Assembly: GCA_963755125.1 (NCBI GenBank)
Contig: CAVWIP010000010.1
Coordinates: forward strand, 1 to 64,000
DNA: 64,000 nt
Source: an uncultured delta proteobacterium
Lineage (GTDB): Bacteria > Myxococcota_A > Polyangia > Fen-1088
Reading direction: 5' to 3'
Shown in pieces: positions 12,848 to 21,760 of the stretch; position 1 is the first letter of the stretch; the number at the start of each line of letters is the position of its first letter. The translations under genes were made by a program, and so were the position numbers. Below the pieces are notes generated by a model. It saw only the letters and a program-made list of their open reading frames with translations, made no database searches and had not been told where the DNA came from.

Positions 12848-13755
12848 GACCGAATCTCTTCACTCTGCCTTTCGGGGCCCACGGGCTGGAGGTCCACTCC
12901 TACGGCCTGCTGGTCGCCATGGGCGCGATCGTAGGTGTGCTGCTGGCACTCCGCCAGGGACGGCGCATGGGATTCGACACTCCGGGCCTGCTCGATCTGA
13001 CCTTTTGGATCTTGGTGGCCGGTATCGTCGGTGCGCGTGTTCTCTATGTCTTGGTGCACGTCAGCGACTACGCGCGCCTGTGCGCGGGAGGCGGCGCACC
13101 CCACCCTGCCCTGCGCGCACTCGGCGACTGCGCGGCACCGCTGTACATTTGGCGGGGCGGCCTGGTCTTCTACGGAGGCGCTCTCGCGGCAGCCAGCGTG
13201 GTCTTGTTCTTTGCGCGCCGACGGGCCTGGCCTCTGGGCGACGTGGCCGACCTGCTCGCCGTCCCGCTGCCTCTCGCCCATGCCTTGGGACGCGTGGGTT
13301 GCTTTCTGGCGGGTTGCTGCTACGGCAAGGTCTCCACCCTCGGTGTGCACTTTCCGCCTGCCAGCGTCGCGTATGAGGACTTGGCCCACTCGGGTCTGCT
13401 CGCGTCGGGCGCGCCCTTCACCCCGGCTCTCGCTCCCACCCAACTCTACGAGGCAGCGGGCGAAGGGTTGTTGTTCGCCCTGCTCGTAGTCTTGCGCCCA
13501 CGCCGGCGTTTCCCCGGCTCGCTGGCCCTGGTCTACGTCATGGGCTACGCGATCCTGCGCGCGACCGTCGAGGTTCTGCGCGGAGACGCGGGCCGGGGAT
13601 TTCTCTTCGAGATCTCCCTGCCGCGCGTGGCGTCCTGGCTCGACCTGCCGGCCAACCAGCCTCTGGCGCTCTCCACGGCGCAGGCGCTCAGCCTGGGTCT
13701 GGGCGCCGCCGCGGCGATCGCCTATGGCATGCTCCGCCGCCGGGGCGCCTCGTGA
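12844..13755 (+). CDS. lgt: Prolipoprotein diacylglyceryl transferase, paralog 2
   Basis: HSYGLL, VGARVLYV, WRGGLVFYGG, GRVGCFLAGCCYG, PTQLYE, RATVEVLR; GTGA overlap with paralog 1. Confidence 0.9.
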   Translation: MRPNLFTLPFGAHGLEVHSYGLLVAMGAIVGVLLALRQGRRMGFDTPGLLDLTFWILVAGIVGARVLYVLVHVSDYARLCAGGGAPHPALRALGDCAAPLYIWRGGLVFYGGALAAASVVLFFARRRAWPLGDVADLLAVPLPLAHALGRVGCFLAGCCYGKVSTLGVHFPPASVAYEDLAHSGLLASGAPFTPALAPTQLYEAAGEGLLFALLVVLRPRRRFPGSLALVYVMGYAILRATVEVLRGDAGRGFLFEISLPRVASWLDLPANQPLALSTAQALSLGLGAAAAIAYGMLRRRGAS

Positions 13756-13839
13756 TCGAGCTCTGGCCCAGCGAAATGACTTCGCACGCCTAACCCCCCC
13801 GGTCGCGTGTAGCATTGCCTCCGCGCTACAATGACGTCG

Positions 13840-15495
13840 ATGGACGACCAGGAAGACGCGCGAGTACCCGACACGGTCGCGCGCCCGAGGCTGCTCGACC
13901 GGCGTGGCGGTTTCCTGGTGGCGTTTCTCATCCTGGCGGCCGTTCTTTTGGGGGCGTCGTTCGGCCCGCATTTGCGCGGCGAGTTCGTGTGGGACGACGT
14001 CTACCTGGTGCAAGAAAACCAGGCTCTCTTTCGCGCCGACGGTTGGCACACGCTGCTGTTGCACGACCTGTGGGGGCCGGTGACCGGCACGCCTTCACAA
14101 CTCTATCATCCCGTCCCCATGCTCTCGCTCTGGCTGCAAGCGATGGCGCGTACTGGTTCTCTGACGGGCTTCCGGCTGGCGAATCTGGCGCTGCACGGCC
14201 TGTGCGCGGGACTGCTTTGTCTCTTTCTAGCAAGGCGCGGGGTCGGCCGAGGGGCGGCCCTGGCCGCCGCTGCGCTATTTCTCGTGCACCCCAGTGTCAC
14301 CGAGCCGGTCATGTGGATCACCGGCCGACACGACACCCTGGGCATGGCCTTCGTGCTTGCAGCCGTGCTGCTTTGGCCTGTCGAGGGACGCGGGATCTGG
14401 CTGAGATCCAGCCTGGCCGGCTTGGCCGCCACTATGGCCTTTCTGTGCAAGGAGCAGTTCCTGGTGGTTCCGGTCTTGCTGCTGCTCTGCACCGTGGTGT
14501 GGACGCGTGGCCCAAGCGACGGCCCGTCGGGACTGCGCCGCTGGCTCATCTTGCTGCTGCCGTGTGCTGGCCTTGCGGCGGCTCTGCTTTGGCGCGCCCA
14601 CCTCGGCATTCGCCTGGGCAGTGATGAACTTACGCGCGGCTTCGCGCGACAGCTCGTCTGCTTCGCCACTATCATCTGGCACTACGGAGTCCAGCTTGTC
14701 TCAATGGGAAATTCCGCCACGCTGGACCCGTTCGTTCCCCTCGGTCCATGGGCGGCAGCGGGCATTCTGGTCCTTCTGCTCGCGGCGGGAACGCTGCTCA
14801 CGTGGGCATGGTGGCGCGAGCCTGCGCGCTTCGCGCTGCCCCTGTTCGGGTTCGCGTGGTTCTGTCTGTCGCTCGTTCCCTTCGTGGCGGCGGTTCCCCA
14901 AATCGGCTTCTACGGCAACCGCTACGGCTATTCTGCCCTGGGCGGATTGATCGCGGCGGCAGCGGGACTGCTGTCACCCCTGGCGGGGCGCGTGCGCGGC
15001 CGCCTATCGCGACTATGGCTGGCGGCTGGCGCACTGCTGGCTGTGATCCTGGTTCTCTCCACGTCTTCAGCAGCCTCCAACTGGGGCTCGGACCTGTCTC
15101 TCTACCGAGCCGATCTCTTGCGCGACCCCGACAACGGCATCGCCCACTACCACTACGGCTACGCAGTCCTGCGACGGCGGGGATGTGGCGAGGCCCTGCC
15201 GATCTTTCTGGCCGCCACACGCTTGGCCCCCAGCTATGCGCGCGGCTGGCACAACCTGGCCGGCTGTCTGGAAAACCTGGGGCGCGCGGCCGAGGCGGAA
15301 GCGCCGGCGCGGCGGGCGGTTGAGCTGGAACCCGACAACGCCCGCAACCAGTACAACCTGGCGGTGGCTCTTGCCGCGCGGGGCGACCGAACCGGCGCGA
15401 TGCGTGCGTTGCGACAGTGCCTGGCGCGTGAGCCTTCGTTCAAACCGGCACGGGAGTTGCTGGTCGGGCTCGCGCGCGCGCAGACCCTGCCATGA
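13840..15495 (+). CDS. TMTC-like GT-C membrane glycosyltransferase with C-terminal TPRs
   Basis: FVWDD after the first TM, YHPV, NLALH, FLVHP..EPVMWITGR, KEQ, many TMs, TPR repeats; start 13831 or 13840. Confidence 0.75.
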   Translation: MDDQEDARVPDTVARPRLLDRRGGFLVAFLILAAVLLGASFGPHLRGEFVWDDVYLVQENQALFRADGWHTLLLHDLWGPVTGTPSQLYHPVPMLSLWLQAMARTGSLTGFRLANLALHGLCAGLLCLFLARRGVGRGAALAAAALFLVHPSVTEPVMWITGRHDTLGMAFVLAAVLLWPVEGRGIWLRSSLAGLAATMAFLCKEQFLVVPVLLLLCTVVWTRGPSDGPSGLRRWLILLLPCAGLAAALLWRAHLGIRLGSDELTRGFARQLVCFATIIWHYGVQLVSMGNSATLDPFVPLGPWAAAGILVLLLAAGTLLTWAWWREPARFALPLFGFAWFCLSLVPFVAAVPQIGFYGNRYGYSALGGLIAAAAGLLSPLAGRVRGRLSRLWLAAGALLAVILVLSTSSAASNWGSDLSLYRADLLRDPDNGIAHYHYGYAVLRRRGCGEALPIFLAATRLAPSYARGWHNLAGCLENLGRAAEAEAPARRAVELEPDNARNQYNLAVALAARGDRTGAMRALRQCLAREPSFKPARELLVGLARAQTLP

Positions 15496-15561
15496 TCGCA
15501 CGCACGAAGGTCCGCCTGGCTTCGCGCGAGGCACGCGGACGGCGTCAACGCCGGCAACCAG

Positions 15562-16158
15562 CTAGGCCGGTTCCCGCCTGACGGCGCCCACCGCCTTGGT
15601 GAATGCCAACACATACTCGAACCCCGACGCCAACGAAACCAGCAGCGAGATGTAGAGCAACACGGTGCCCGCGATCTGATAGTCGACCGAGACGCCGAGC
15701 CCGAGCACCGGGTAGCTGAAGTGTATGAGAAGCATGCTGATCGCCACCAGTTGCAGCGCGGTCTTGATCTTCCCGCCCGGGCTGGCGGCGATGACCATGC
15801 CCTCGGTGGATGCGATGCTGCGCAGGCTGGTGATGCACACGTCGCGCGCGATGAGCACCACAACCACCCAGGCCGTCGCACGGCCCATCGCCACCAGGAA
15901 CACCAGCACCGCCGTGACCATGAGCTTGTCGGCCAGAGGATCGAGAAACTTGCCCAGAACACTGACCTGGCCCCGGCTGCGGGCCAGGTAGCCGTCAAGG
16001 CCATCGCCGGCCGAGGCGACGAGGTAGAGGACAGCCGCGATGAAACTGCGGACCGGGCTGAAGTTATCGATGAAGTACAGAACCGCCGGAACGATCAGCA
16101 CCCGCGCCATCGTCACGACGTTGGGCAGATCCGTGATCTGGCTGCGTAAATTCGCCAT
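15562..16158 (-). CDS. pgsA: CDP-diacylglycerol--glycerol-3-phosphate 3-phosphatidyltransferase
   Basis: LPNVVTMAR, DGLDGYLAR..GKFLDPLADK, GGKIKT. Confidence 0.93.
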   Translation of the reverse strand: MANLRSQITDLPNVVTMARVLIVPAVLYFIDNFSPVRSFIAAVLYLVASAGDGLDGYLARSRGQVSVLGKFLDPLADKLMVTAVLVFLVAMGRATAWVVVVLIARDVCITSLRSIASTEGMVIAASPGGKIKTALQLVAISMLLIHFSYPVLGLGVSVDYQIAGTVLLYISLLVSLASGFEYVLAFTKAVGAVRREPA

Positions 16159-17422
16159 GTTTGGACAGCAATACTACCCCGACCCCGGCGCAGGTGACAT
16201 AGCTGTCGCCGGACGCGCCTTCCCGTCCGGCCATGCTTTGCGCGACCACGCGTCCCACCCAGCCGATCAGGCGCCACCCCAGCACAGCCAGCGAATCCCC
16301 CTCGCTCAGACGCACAGCAACCAGCTCGTCGGGACCCGCTGTCACCACGACCCGACCTGTCCCGCGAAACTGCAACAAGGCTGGCCCACCGCCCGGCACG
16401 CGACCCCATTCCCAGACCAGCTCGTCGCCCCAGGCCACCACGTGTTCATCGCGCAGGTAGAGCACGTCCCGGTCCAACGACAGCGCGAAGAGAGCACGGC
16501 CCGGACGCCAGGGGGAAAGCCAGAGATCGCCGTTTCCGGCCAGGCGAAGGAATCGTCCGCCCTGCGAGGTCAGCGTTTCACCCAAGAGCTGTCCCCGCAT
16601 TCGTCGCCGCGCCGGGAGCAACTCGACCCCACCCAGGGCCGCCAGCAGTGCCGATTCACGCACGTGGCTTTCGCTGGTGGCCGCGAAACGCAGAACCCCC
16701 TGCCCGAGCCAGGCCAGAGGGGCCGGGTCGGACGTCCGCGCCAGCATGCGGGCCAGGGCAAACGCGGAGAGCGGCACAATCTCACCTGCCCCAGGTGCGG
16801 GGCCAGGCTGCGCGGGCATCACCACATCGAGACCCGGCGCGCGCAGCTCCGGCCTGGGCGTGGCCGGGCCCATGTCGGCGGGACGCGCGCGCGCGGGCTC
16901 GACCGCACCCACCCCTTCTTCCTCCGATGCTGAGGAAGACGTGCTCGCCACCCGCTCCATCTCCGCAGCCAGTTCGTGCTGGCCGGCACGCCGGAAGGCG
17001 GCTGCCGCTTGCCCGCGCGCGCCCGTGCGCGCACATGCGTACCCGAGATAGCTCCACGCACGCCGATCGTCCGGACGCAGGCGCACGGTGGTCTCCAGTT
17101 CAGCCACGGCCTCGTCGAACCAGTCCAGCTTGAGGGCGATCAGGCCCAGGTTGAGACGGATGGCTGCGTCCTCGGGGGCGATCTGCGCGGCCTCCCGGTA
17201 GATCTGGCGGGCCTCGGCCAGACGCCCTAGCTTGAAGCGCACCAGCGCCAGCAGCTTGAGCACGCGCAGATCATGGGGCGCGTCCGCCTGCGCGCGCAGC
17301 AGCTCCAACTCTGCCTCGGGCAAACGCTGCGCCACCACCAACTCGCTCGTGCGACGAAGCTGTTCCAGCAGCGCATCGTCCTCACGCCCGGCCGACGGTC
17401 CGGAGAGTGCCGGAGCCGACAT
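16064..17422 (-). CDS. TPR repeat protein with C-terminal AIM24-like domain
   Basis: N-terminal TPRs, Pro/Ala linker, beta-rich C-terminus (LRLAGNGDLW, LYLRDEHVVAW, LQFRGTGRV); 3' end overlaps pgsA. Confidence 0.7.
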   Translation of the reverse strand: MSAPALSGPSAGREDDALLEQLRRTSELVVAQRLPEAELELLRAQADAPHDLRVLKLLALVRFKLGRLAEARQIYREAAQIAPEDAAIRLNLGLIALKLDWFDEAVAELETTVRLRPDDRRAWSYLGYACARTGARGQAAAAFRRAGQHELAAEMERVASTSSSASEEEGVGAVEPARARPADMGPATPRPELRAPGLDVVMPAQPGPAPGAGEIVPLSAFALARMLARTSDPAPLAWLGQGVLRFAATSESHVRESALLAALGGVELLPARRRMRGQLLGETLTSQGGRFLRLAGNGDLWLSPWRPGRALFALSLDRDVLYLRDEHVVAWGDELVWEWGRVPGGGPALLQFRGTGRVVVTAGPDELVAVRLSEGDSLAVLGWRLIGWVGRVVAQSMAGREGASGDSYVTCAGVGVVLLSKHGEFTQPDHGSAQRRDDGAGADRSGGSVLHR

Positions 17423-17458
17423 GGTCTCTTCGGGAAGGTGAATGTCAGCAGGCACAGG

Positions 17459-18319
17459 TCATCGCAGCGCCACCGGCGCAGCTCCCACCCAGGCCGACAG
17501 CGCGGCCTCGCGCTTGTATCGCTGCCACACGGCAGCCACATACGTCCGCGTGGTTTCATAGGGGGGCAGTCCCCCGTATTTCTCGACGGCTCCAGGCCCA
17601 GCATGGTACCCGGCGAGCACCTTGATCTTCTCGTCGTCCGAGCACACAAAGGCGCCACCCCCACCGTCGCCCCGCCCCGTCGTGGGTGTCCTGCAGAACC
17701 GCTTGGCCAGGGTTTGCAGGTAGCGCGCACCGCCCATTATGTTTTGGCGCGGATCCCACACGTTGGTCACCCCCATGGCCCGTGCCGTGGCCGGCATGAG
17801 CTGCATCAGCCCGAGAGCACCCGCACTAGACACCACATGAGGGTCGTAGTCTGACTCGGTCTTGATGACGGCCCGGATAAGGGCCTGAGGAATGGCAAAG
17901 TAAGCCTGCTGATCGCGGATATCGTCGTCGAAGCGCTGGTAGCGAGCCTGGGAACTGTCACGCGGGGGTACCAGATCCGATTCACCCCGCACGGCCGAAG
18001 CCTTACCCGGCCCGATGCGAAATAGCACCTTCCACCGTCTGCCCACCGGGGGCAGGTTGGTGAACTCGACCACCCCATCCGCGCGCTCCCGGGTCCACAC
18101 CACGCTGTCGATTTCTGAAGCCGCTGGCGCATGCTCGTGGGGCTTTGCGGAGGCGCGTCCGGGCTCCGACTCGGGAACGGCGCGCCAGTTCGGACTCGGG
18201 GTAGGAGCGTTGGTAAACTCCATGGTGCCGTCCACCCGCTGGCGCTGCCACACCGTGGCCTGCCCGGACGCCGGTAGCGCGAGCAAGAAAAGCAGCGCAA
18301 GATAGGGACGGTCGAGCAT
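17459..18319 (-). CDS. Lytic transglycosylase (SLT domain), secreted, with two short N-terminal DUF4124-like modules
   Basis: AVIKTESDY, SSAGALGLMQLMPATA, DPRQNIMGG, YHAGPG, PPYETTRTYV; duplicated W..R.DG..EFTN.P motif. Confidence 0.88.
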   Translation of the reverse strand: MLDRPYLALLFLLALPASGQATVWQRQRVDGTMEFTNAPTPSPNWRAVPESEPGRASAKPHEHAPAASEIDSVVWTRERADGVVEFTNLPPVGRRWKVLFRIGPGKASAVRGESDLVPPRDSSQARYQRFDDDIRDQQAYFAIPQALIRAVIKTESDYDPHVVSSAGALGLMQLMPATARAMGVTNVWDPRQNIMGGARYLQTLAKRFCRTPTTGRGDGGGGAFVCSDDEKIKVLAGYHAGPGAVEKYGGLPPYETTRTYVAAVWQRYKREAALSAWVGAAPVALR

Positions 18320-18392
18320 ATCGAGCTGATCGTAACACAGGCCGGTGCTCGTCGCTGCGTCGAACCTGCGCGTCTGGTAGATTGGCCTTGTC

Positions 18393-19979
18393 GTGGAAGC
18401 AGACTACCTGGTTCTTGGCTCTGGATTGGCTGGCCTCTACTTCGCCTTGCGTGCCTCCGAGCACGGTCGCGTGCTGGTTGTGTCCAAGCGCGGCCTCACC
18501 GACGCCAACACCCACCAGGCCCAGGGCGGAGTGGCCGCGGTGCTGGGCGCGGGCGACACACCTGAAAAGCACATCGAGGACACCCTGCGCGTGGGCAGCG
18601 GCCTGTGCAATCCACACGTGGTGGACATGTGCGTACGCCAGGGGCCGCAACACATCCTTCACCTGGCCAACGAATTGGGGGTGGCCTTTGACCGCGAGCC
18701 CGACGGCCAATTCCAACTCGCCCGCGAAGGCGGCCACAGCGCCCGCCGGGTGGTCCATGCCCGCGATATGACCGGTGCCGCCATCCACGATACCATGCTG
18801 GAACGCGTGAAAGAGCGCGGGGACCGCATCACGCTTATGCCCGACTCCATGGCGGTTGATCTGCTGACCACCGCAAAGTACGGCGGACCGAACACCGTCT
18901 TTGGCGCCTACGTTCACGACAGAAACACGGGCGAGATCCGAACCGTGCTTGCACGCGCAGTGATCGTGGCCACCGGGGGAGCCGGCAAGGTGTACCTGTA
19001 CACCTCCAATCCCGACGTGGCCACCGGCGACGGTGTGGCCATGGCGTATCGGGTGGGCGCGCGGGTGGCCAACATGGAGTTCTTTCAGTTCCACCCGACC
19101 ATTCTCTACCACCCGGCGGCGAAGTCCTTTCTCATCAGCGAGGCGCTGCGTGGCGAGGGCGGAATTCTGCGCTTGCTCGACGGTTCGGCCTTCATGAGCC
19201 GCTACCACGAAATGAAAGACCTCGCTTCCCGCGATGTAGTCGCCCGCGCCATCGACGCCGAACTCAAGCGCACCGGCGACGACCATGTGTTGCTGGACAT
19301 GACCCACCTGCCGGGCGATTTCCTCGTCAACCACTTCCCCAACATCCACCGGCGCTGCATGGAGTTGGGCATCGACATGCGTACCATGCCGCTGCCGGTT
19401 GTGCCCGCCGCGCACTACAGTTGTGGGGGTATTCTGGTGGACGAGAACGGACGCAGCAGCGTCCGCAACCTCTACGCCATCGGCGAGGCCTCCATGACCG
19501 GCCTGCACGGCGCGTGCCGCCTTGCCTCGAACTCCCTCCTGGAAGCTCTGGTCTACGCTGCCCGCGCCGCGGATGACGTGCGTGATGCCCAGGTGGACAG
19601 GCCGCAACAGGTCGCGACCTGGTACTCGGGCGAGGCCGCGCCGGCAGATGAGGCTGTCGTTGTCAGCCACACCTGGGACGAGATCCGCCGCCTGATGTGG
19701 AACTACGTGGGCATTGTCCGCTCGGACAAGCGGCTGGAGCGTGCGGCGCGGCGGATGCAGCTCATCCGCGAGGAGATCCGCGAGTACTACTGGAACTTCC
19801 TGGTGAACCGCGATCTGCTGGAACTACGCAACATCGCACTCGTGGCCGAACTCATCATCCAGAGTGCGCGGCGGCGACCTGAGAGCCGTGGCCTGCACTT
19901 CAATCTGGACCATCCCGACCATGACCCGCGCCTGGCCAGGGACACCGTGCTCGCGCGCGGCGACGGCCCGGCCATGTAG
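18393..19979 (+). CDS. nadB: L-aspartate oxidase
   Basis: GSGLAG, AQGGVA, REGGHS, NMEFFQFHPT, SEALRGEG, PAAHY, GLHGACRLASNSLLE, ESRGLH. Confidence 0.96.
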   Translation: MEADYLVLGSGLAGLYFALRASEHGRVLVVSKRGLTDANTHQAQGGVAAVLGAGDTPEKHIEDTLRVGSGLCNPHVVDMCVRQGPQHILHLANELGVAFDREPDGQFQLAREGGHSARRVVHARDMTGAAIHDTMLERVKERGDRITLMPDSMAVDLLTTAKYGGPNTVFGAYVHDRNTGEIRTVLARAVIVATGGAGKVYLYTSNPDVATGDGVAMAYRVGARVANMEFFQFHPTILYHPAAKSFLISEALRGEGGILRLLDGSAFMSRYHEMKDLASRDVVARAIDAELKRTGDDHVLLDMTHLPGDFLVNHFPNIHRRCMELGIDMRTMPLPVVPAAHYSCGGILVDENGRSSVRNLYAIGEASMTGLHGACRLASNSLLEALVYAARAADDVRDAQVDRPQQVATWYSGEAAPADEAVVVSHTWDEIRRLMWNYVGIVRSDKRLERAARRMQLIREEIREYYWNFLVNRDLLELRNIALVAELIIQSARRRPESRGLHFNLDHPDHDPRLARDTVLARGDGPAM

Positions 19980-19988
19980 GCGATGAAG

Positions 19989-20034
19989 ATGGGAACCCTC
20001 AAAAGGTTCGCTCCGCCCTTCGGCTCCCCACGCG
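19989..20034 (-). repeat. Palindromic repeat element, copy 1 (short form, intergenic nadB/pilin)
   Basis: Minus strand CGCGTGGGGAGCCGAAGGGCGGAGCGAACCTTTTGAGGGTTCCCAT matches the 3' part of the ligA insert (22723-22765). Confidence 0.85.
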
Positions 20035-20043
20035 GCACATAGT

Positions 20044-20077
20044 AAAAAGCCCCGGCGGGGGAACCCGTCCGGGGCTT
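20044..20077 (-). terminator. Rho-independent terminator of the major pilin gene
   Basis: Minus strand AAGCCCCGGACGGG-TTCC-CCCGCCGGGGCTT stem running into a U tract (TTTTT), ~30 nt after the pilin stop. Confidence 0.85.
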
Positions 20078-20105
20078 GCTCGACCGCCAGGGCCGTGATG
20101 CTGTC

Positions 20106-20657
20106 CTACTCTAGTTCGTTGACGATATATGGCTGGTAGCTGCCAGTCACGTCGCCGTTCGAGTTGATCAGGCCGTTGCGCGAGAACTGGGCCAAGGTAT
20201 TGTCGCAGTCCAGGTCGCCCTTGGCAAAGGCGGTGAACAGGGAGCTGGTGCCCGTCGCAGAGCCGGTGTACCCAGGCAGATAGTTGTGCGCATCCGGCAT
20301 TGCGAAATTGAGGGCCAACCAAATGGGATCACTGCCCCAGACCGTGTCGTTGCCCGGACACCGCTGACCTGCCGAGCAGCCGCACTCCGTACCAGAGTTC
20401 GCCCAACTGGCGGTCTGGGCGGGGAACTGCTTGGCCAGCGCCAGCCCGCCAGGAGTCATGTGGTCCGTTTCGTAGTAGGACAACGAGCCTGCCCATTCCT
20501 TGTTGAGGTGACCCACTGCTTCAGCCGTACGTGACTTCTTCACGTACCGGGTGAAGGCCGGGATCGCAACTGCTGCCAGAATTCCGATGATCGCCACGAC
20601 GATCATGAGCTCCACCAGGGTGAAGCCTCCGCTGCGCTTACGAGATCTGATAGTCAT
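20106..20657 (-). CDS. pilA: Type IV major pilin
   Basis: Prepilin site [31 protein letters not shown] before ATG 20657; AKGDLDCD C-terminal motif; own sigma54 promoter and terminator. Confidence 0.9.
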   Translation of the reverse strand: MTIRSRKRSGGFTLVELMIVVAIIGILAAVAIPAFTRYVKKSRTAEAVGHLNKEWAGSLSYYETDHMTPGGLALAKQFPAQTASWANSGTECGCSAGQRCPGNDTVWGSDPIWLALNFAMPDAHNYLPGYTGSATGTSSLFTAFAKGDLDCDNTLAQFSRNGLINSNGDVTGSYQPYIVNELE

Positions 20658-20686
20658 TTTTGTGTGCCTCCTGATTTGTTGGACTC

Positions 20687-20702
20687 TGCACCCGATGTGC
20701 CA
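20687..20702 (-). promoter_or_regulatory. Sigma54 (-24/-12) promoter of the pilin gene
   Basis: Minus strand TGGCAC-ATCGG-GTGCA (GG-N10-GC), 30 nt upstream of the start codon. Confidence 0.75.
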
Positions 20703-20894
20703 TCGCCAAGCGATTCGCGTCATGGATCCTAACGACCTGTTATCGCTATGGAAAATTAGCACTGTCCTCACCCACCTTCAGGGTTCCTGGGTGACAAAGA
20801 TCGGGTTTGGTCAGGTCCGACTGACAAAAAGAGTCATGTTGGCCGCTGAGCGCTATATGTCAGGCCCCGGAACCGACCGATGGATCCAGAAGGG

Positions 20895-21524
20895 CTAGTG
20901 CCCTTCGTTGATGGTACGGAGGCCTGGCGAGTCGTAGGTGATCACCAGGAAGGTCGCATTGGCTGGAAGGCCCCCTGGCGCGCTGGTGCCATCCGAGGTG
21001 TTGAGGTTGCACGCCGCCACCGCATAAAACCACGGGACGTTCGGCGTCGGGGTCCACAGCTGCGTCCCGATGCTGCCCTGTGGGGCTTGGCCTGCGCCGC
21101 CGGCATTGACCAGATAGGTGCAGTAGAGCTGATTCCAACGAGGTCGCAGGCCGATCCGGCTCCAGGCAACGGGAAAGGTTGGGTTGGCAACCAGGTGCGG
21201 CGTGCGCGCCGATTCAAAAGTCGGATCAGCGGGGGAAATGGGTATGAATGCCCCCACCCCTTCGTCGGGGCTCGGTTGCGTGAGATTGTTGTCCAAACGC
21301 GCCGGCACGTACGCGCCCACGTCCATGAAATACAGCTGTTCCTTGGCCGACAGTTCGGCCAGCATGGCGTTCGCCTCCGAGAGCCGCGCCCGCCCCACGT
21401 AGCGCTTGTACCCGACCGTGGCGATGCCTGCCAGGATGCCGAGGATGACGACCACTATCATCAACTCGATAAGTGTCGTCCCATTTTCATGGCTGCTGCG
21501 CCCACGAGTCGTCACGTCTCCCAT
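20895..21524 (-). CDS. Type IV pilin-like protein (minor pilin)
   Basis: G|TTLIELMIVVVILGILAGIA N-terminal methylation-like motif; start ATG 21524 rather than ORF-track 21767. Confidence 0.85.
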   Translation of the reverse strand: MGDVTTRGRSSHENGTTLIELMIVVVILGILAGIATVGYKRYVGRARLSEANAMLAELSAKEQLYFMDVGAYVPARLDNNLTQPSPDEGVGAFIPISPADPTFESARTPHLVANPTFPVAWSRIGLRPRWNQLYCTYLVNAGGAGQAPQGSIGTQLWTPTPNVPWFYAVAACNLNTSDGTSAPGGLPANATFLVITYDSPGLRTINEGH

Positions 21525-21551
21525 TGTAAAGCATCGTAAAGCATTGTAAAG
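21522..21551 (-). repeat. 3 x 10-bp tandem repeat at the minor pilin start
   Basis: Plus strand CATTGTAAAG CATCGTAAAG CATTGTAAAG. Confidence 0.85.
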
Positions 21552-21760
21552 CCAGGCTTCAACTAATCGAAACTGACTCGCAGCGAATCGGCAGACTGCC
21601 GGCGCTTCCCGCATTCGCGGCTCCATTCGCCAGGCACGCATCAGAGTCGCATTGTACGCTTGGGTAAGACCTCCTATACTGAATTGATAGCATCGCATTG
21701 CGGTAACACTACGCGCTGACAGTCGACGCGCCCACCCCTGTTTTGCCAAGGAGGGTTCCC

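Noticed and set aside
20658..20771. ORF-track N-terminal extensions (pilA to 20771, minor pilin to 21767, ileS from 8277, yceI from 49256)
   Set aside because: They overlap promoters or neighbouring genes; RBS and family N-termini support the later starts
21751..21760. GAGGGTTCCC resembling the repeat's 3' end
   Set aside because: Only 10 bp and overlaps the carD RBS/spacer; no upstream element body
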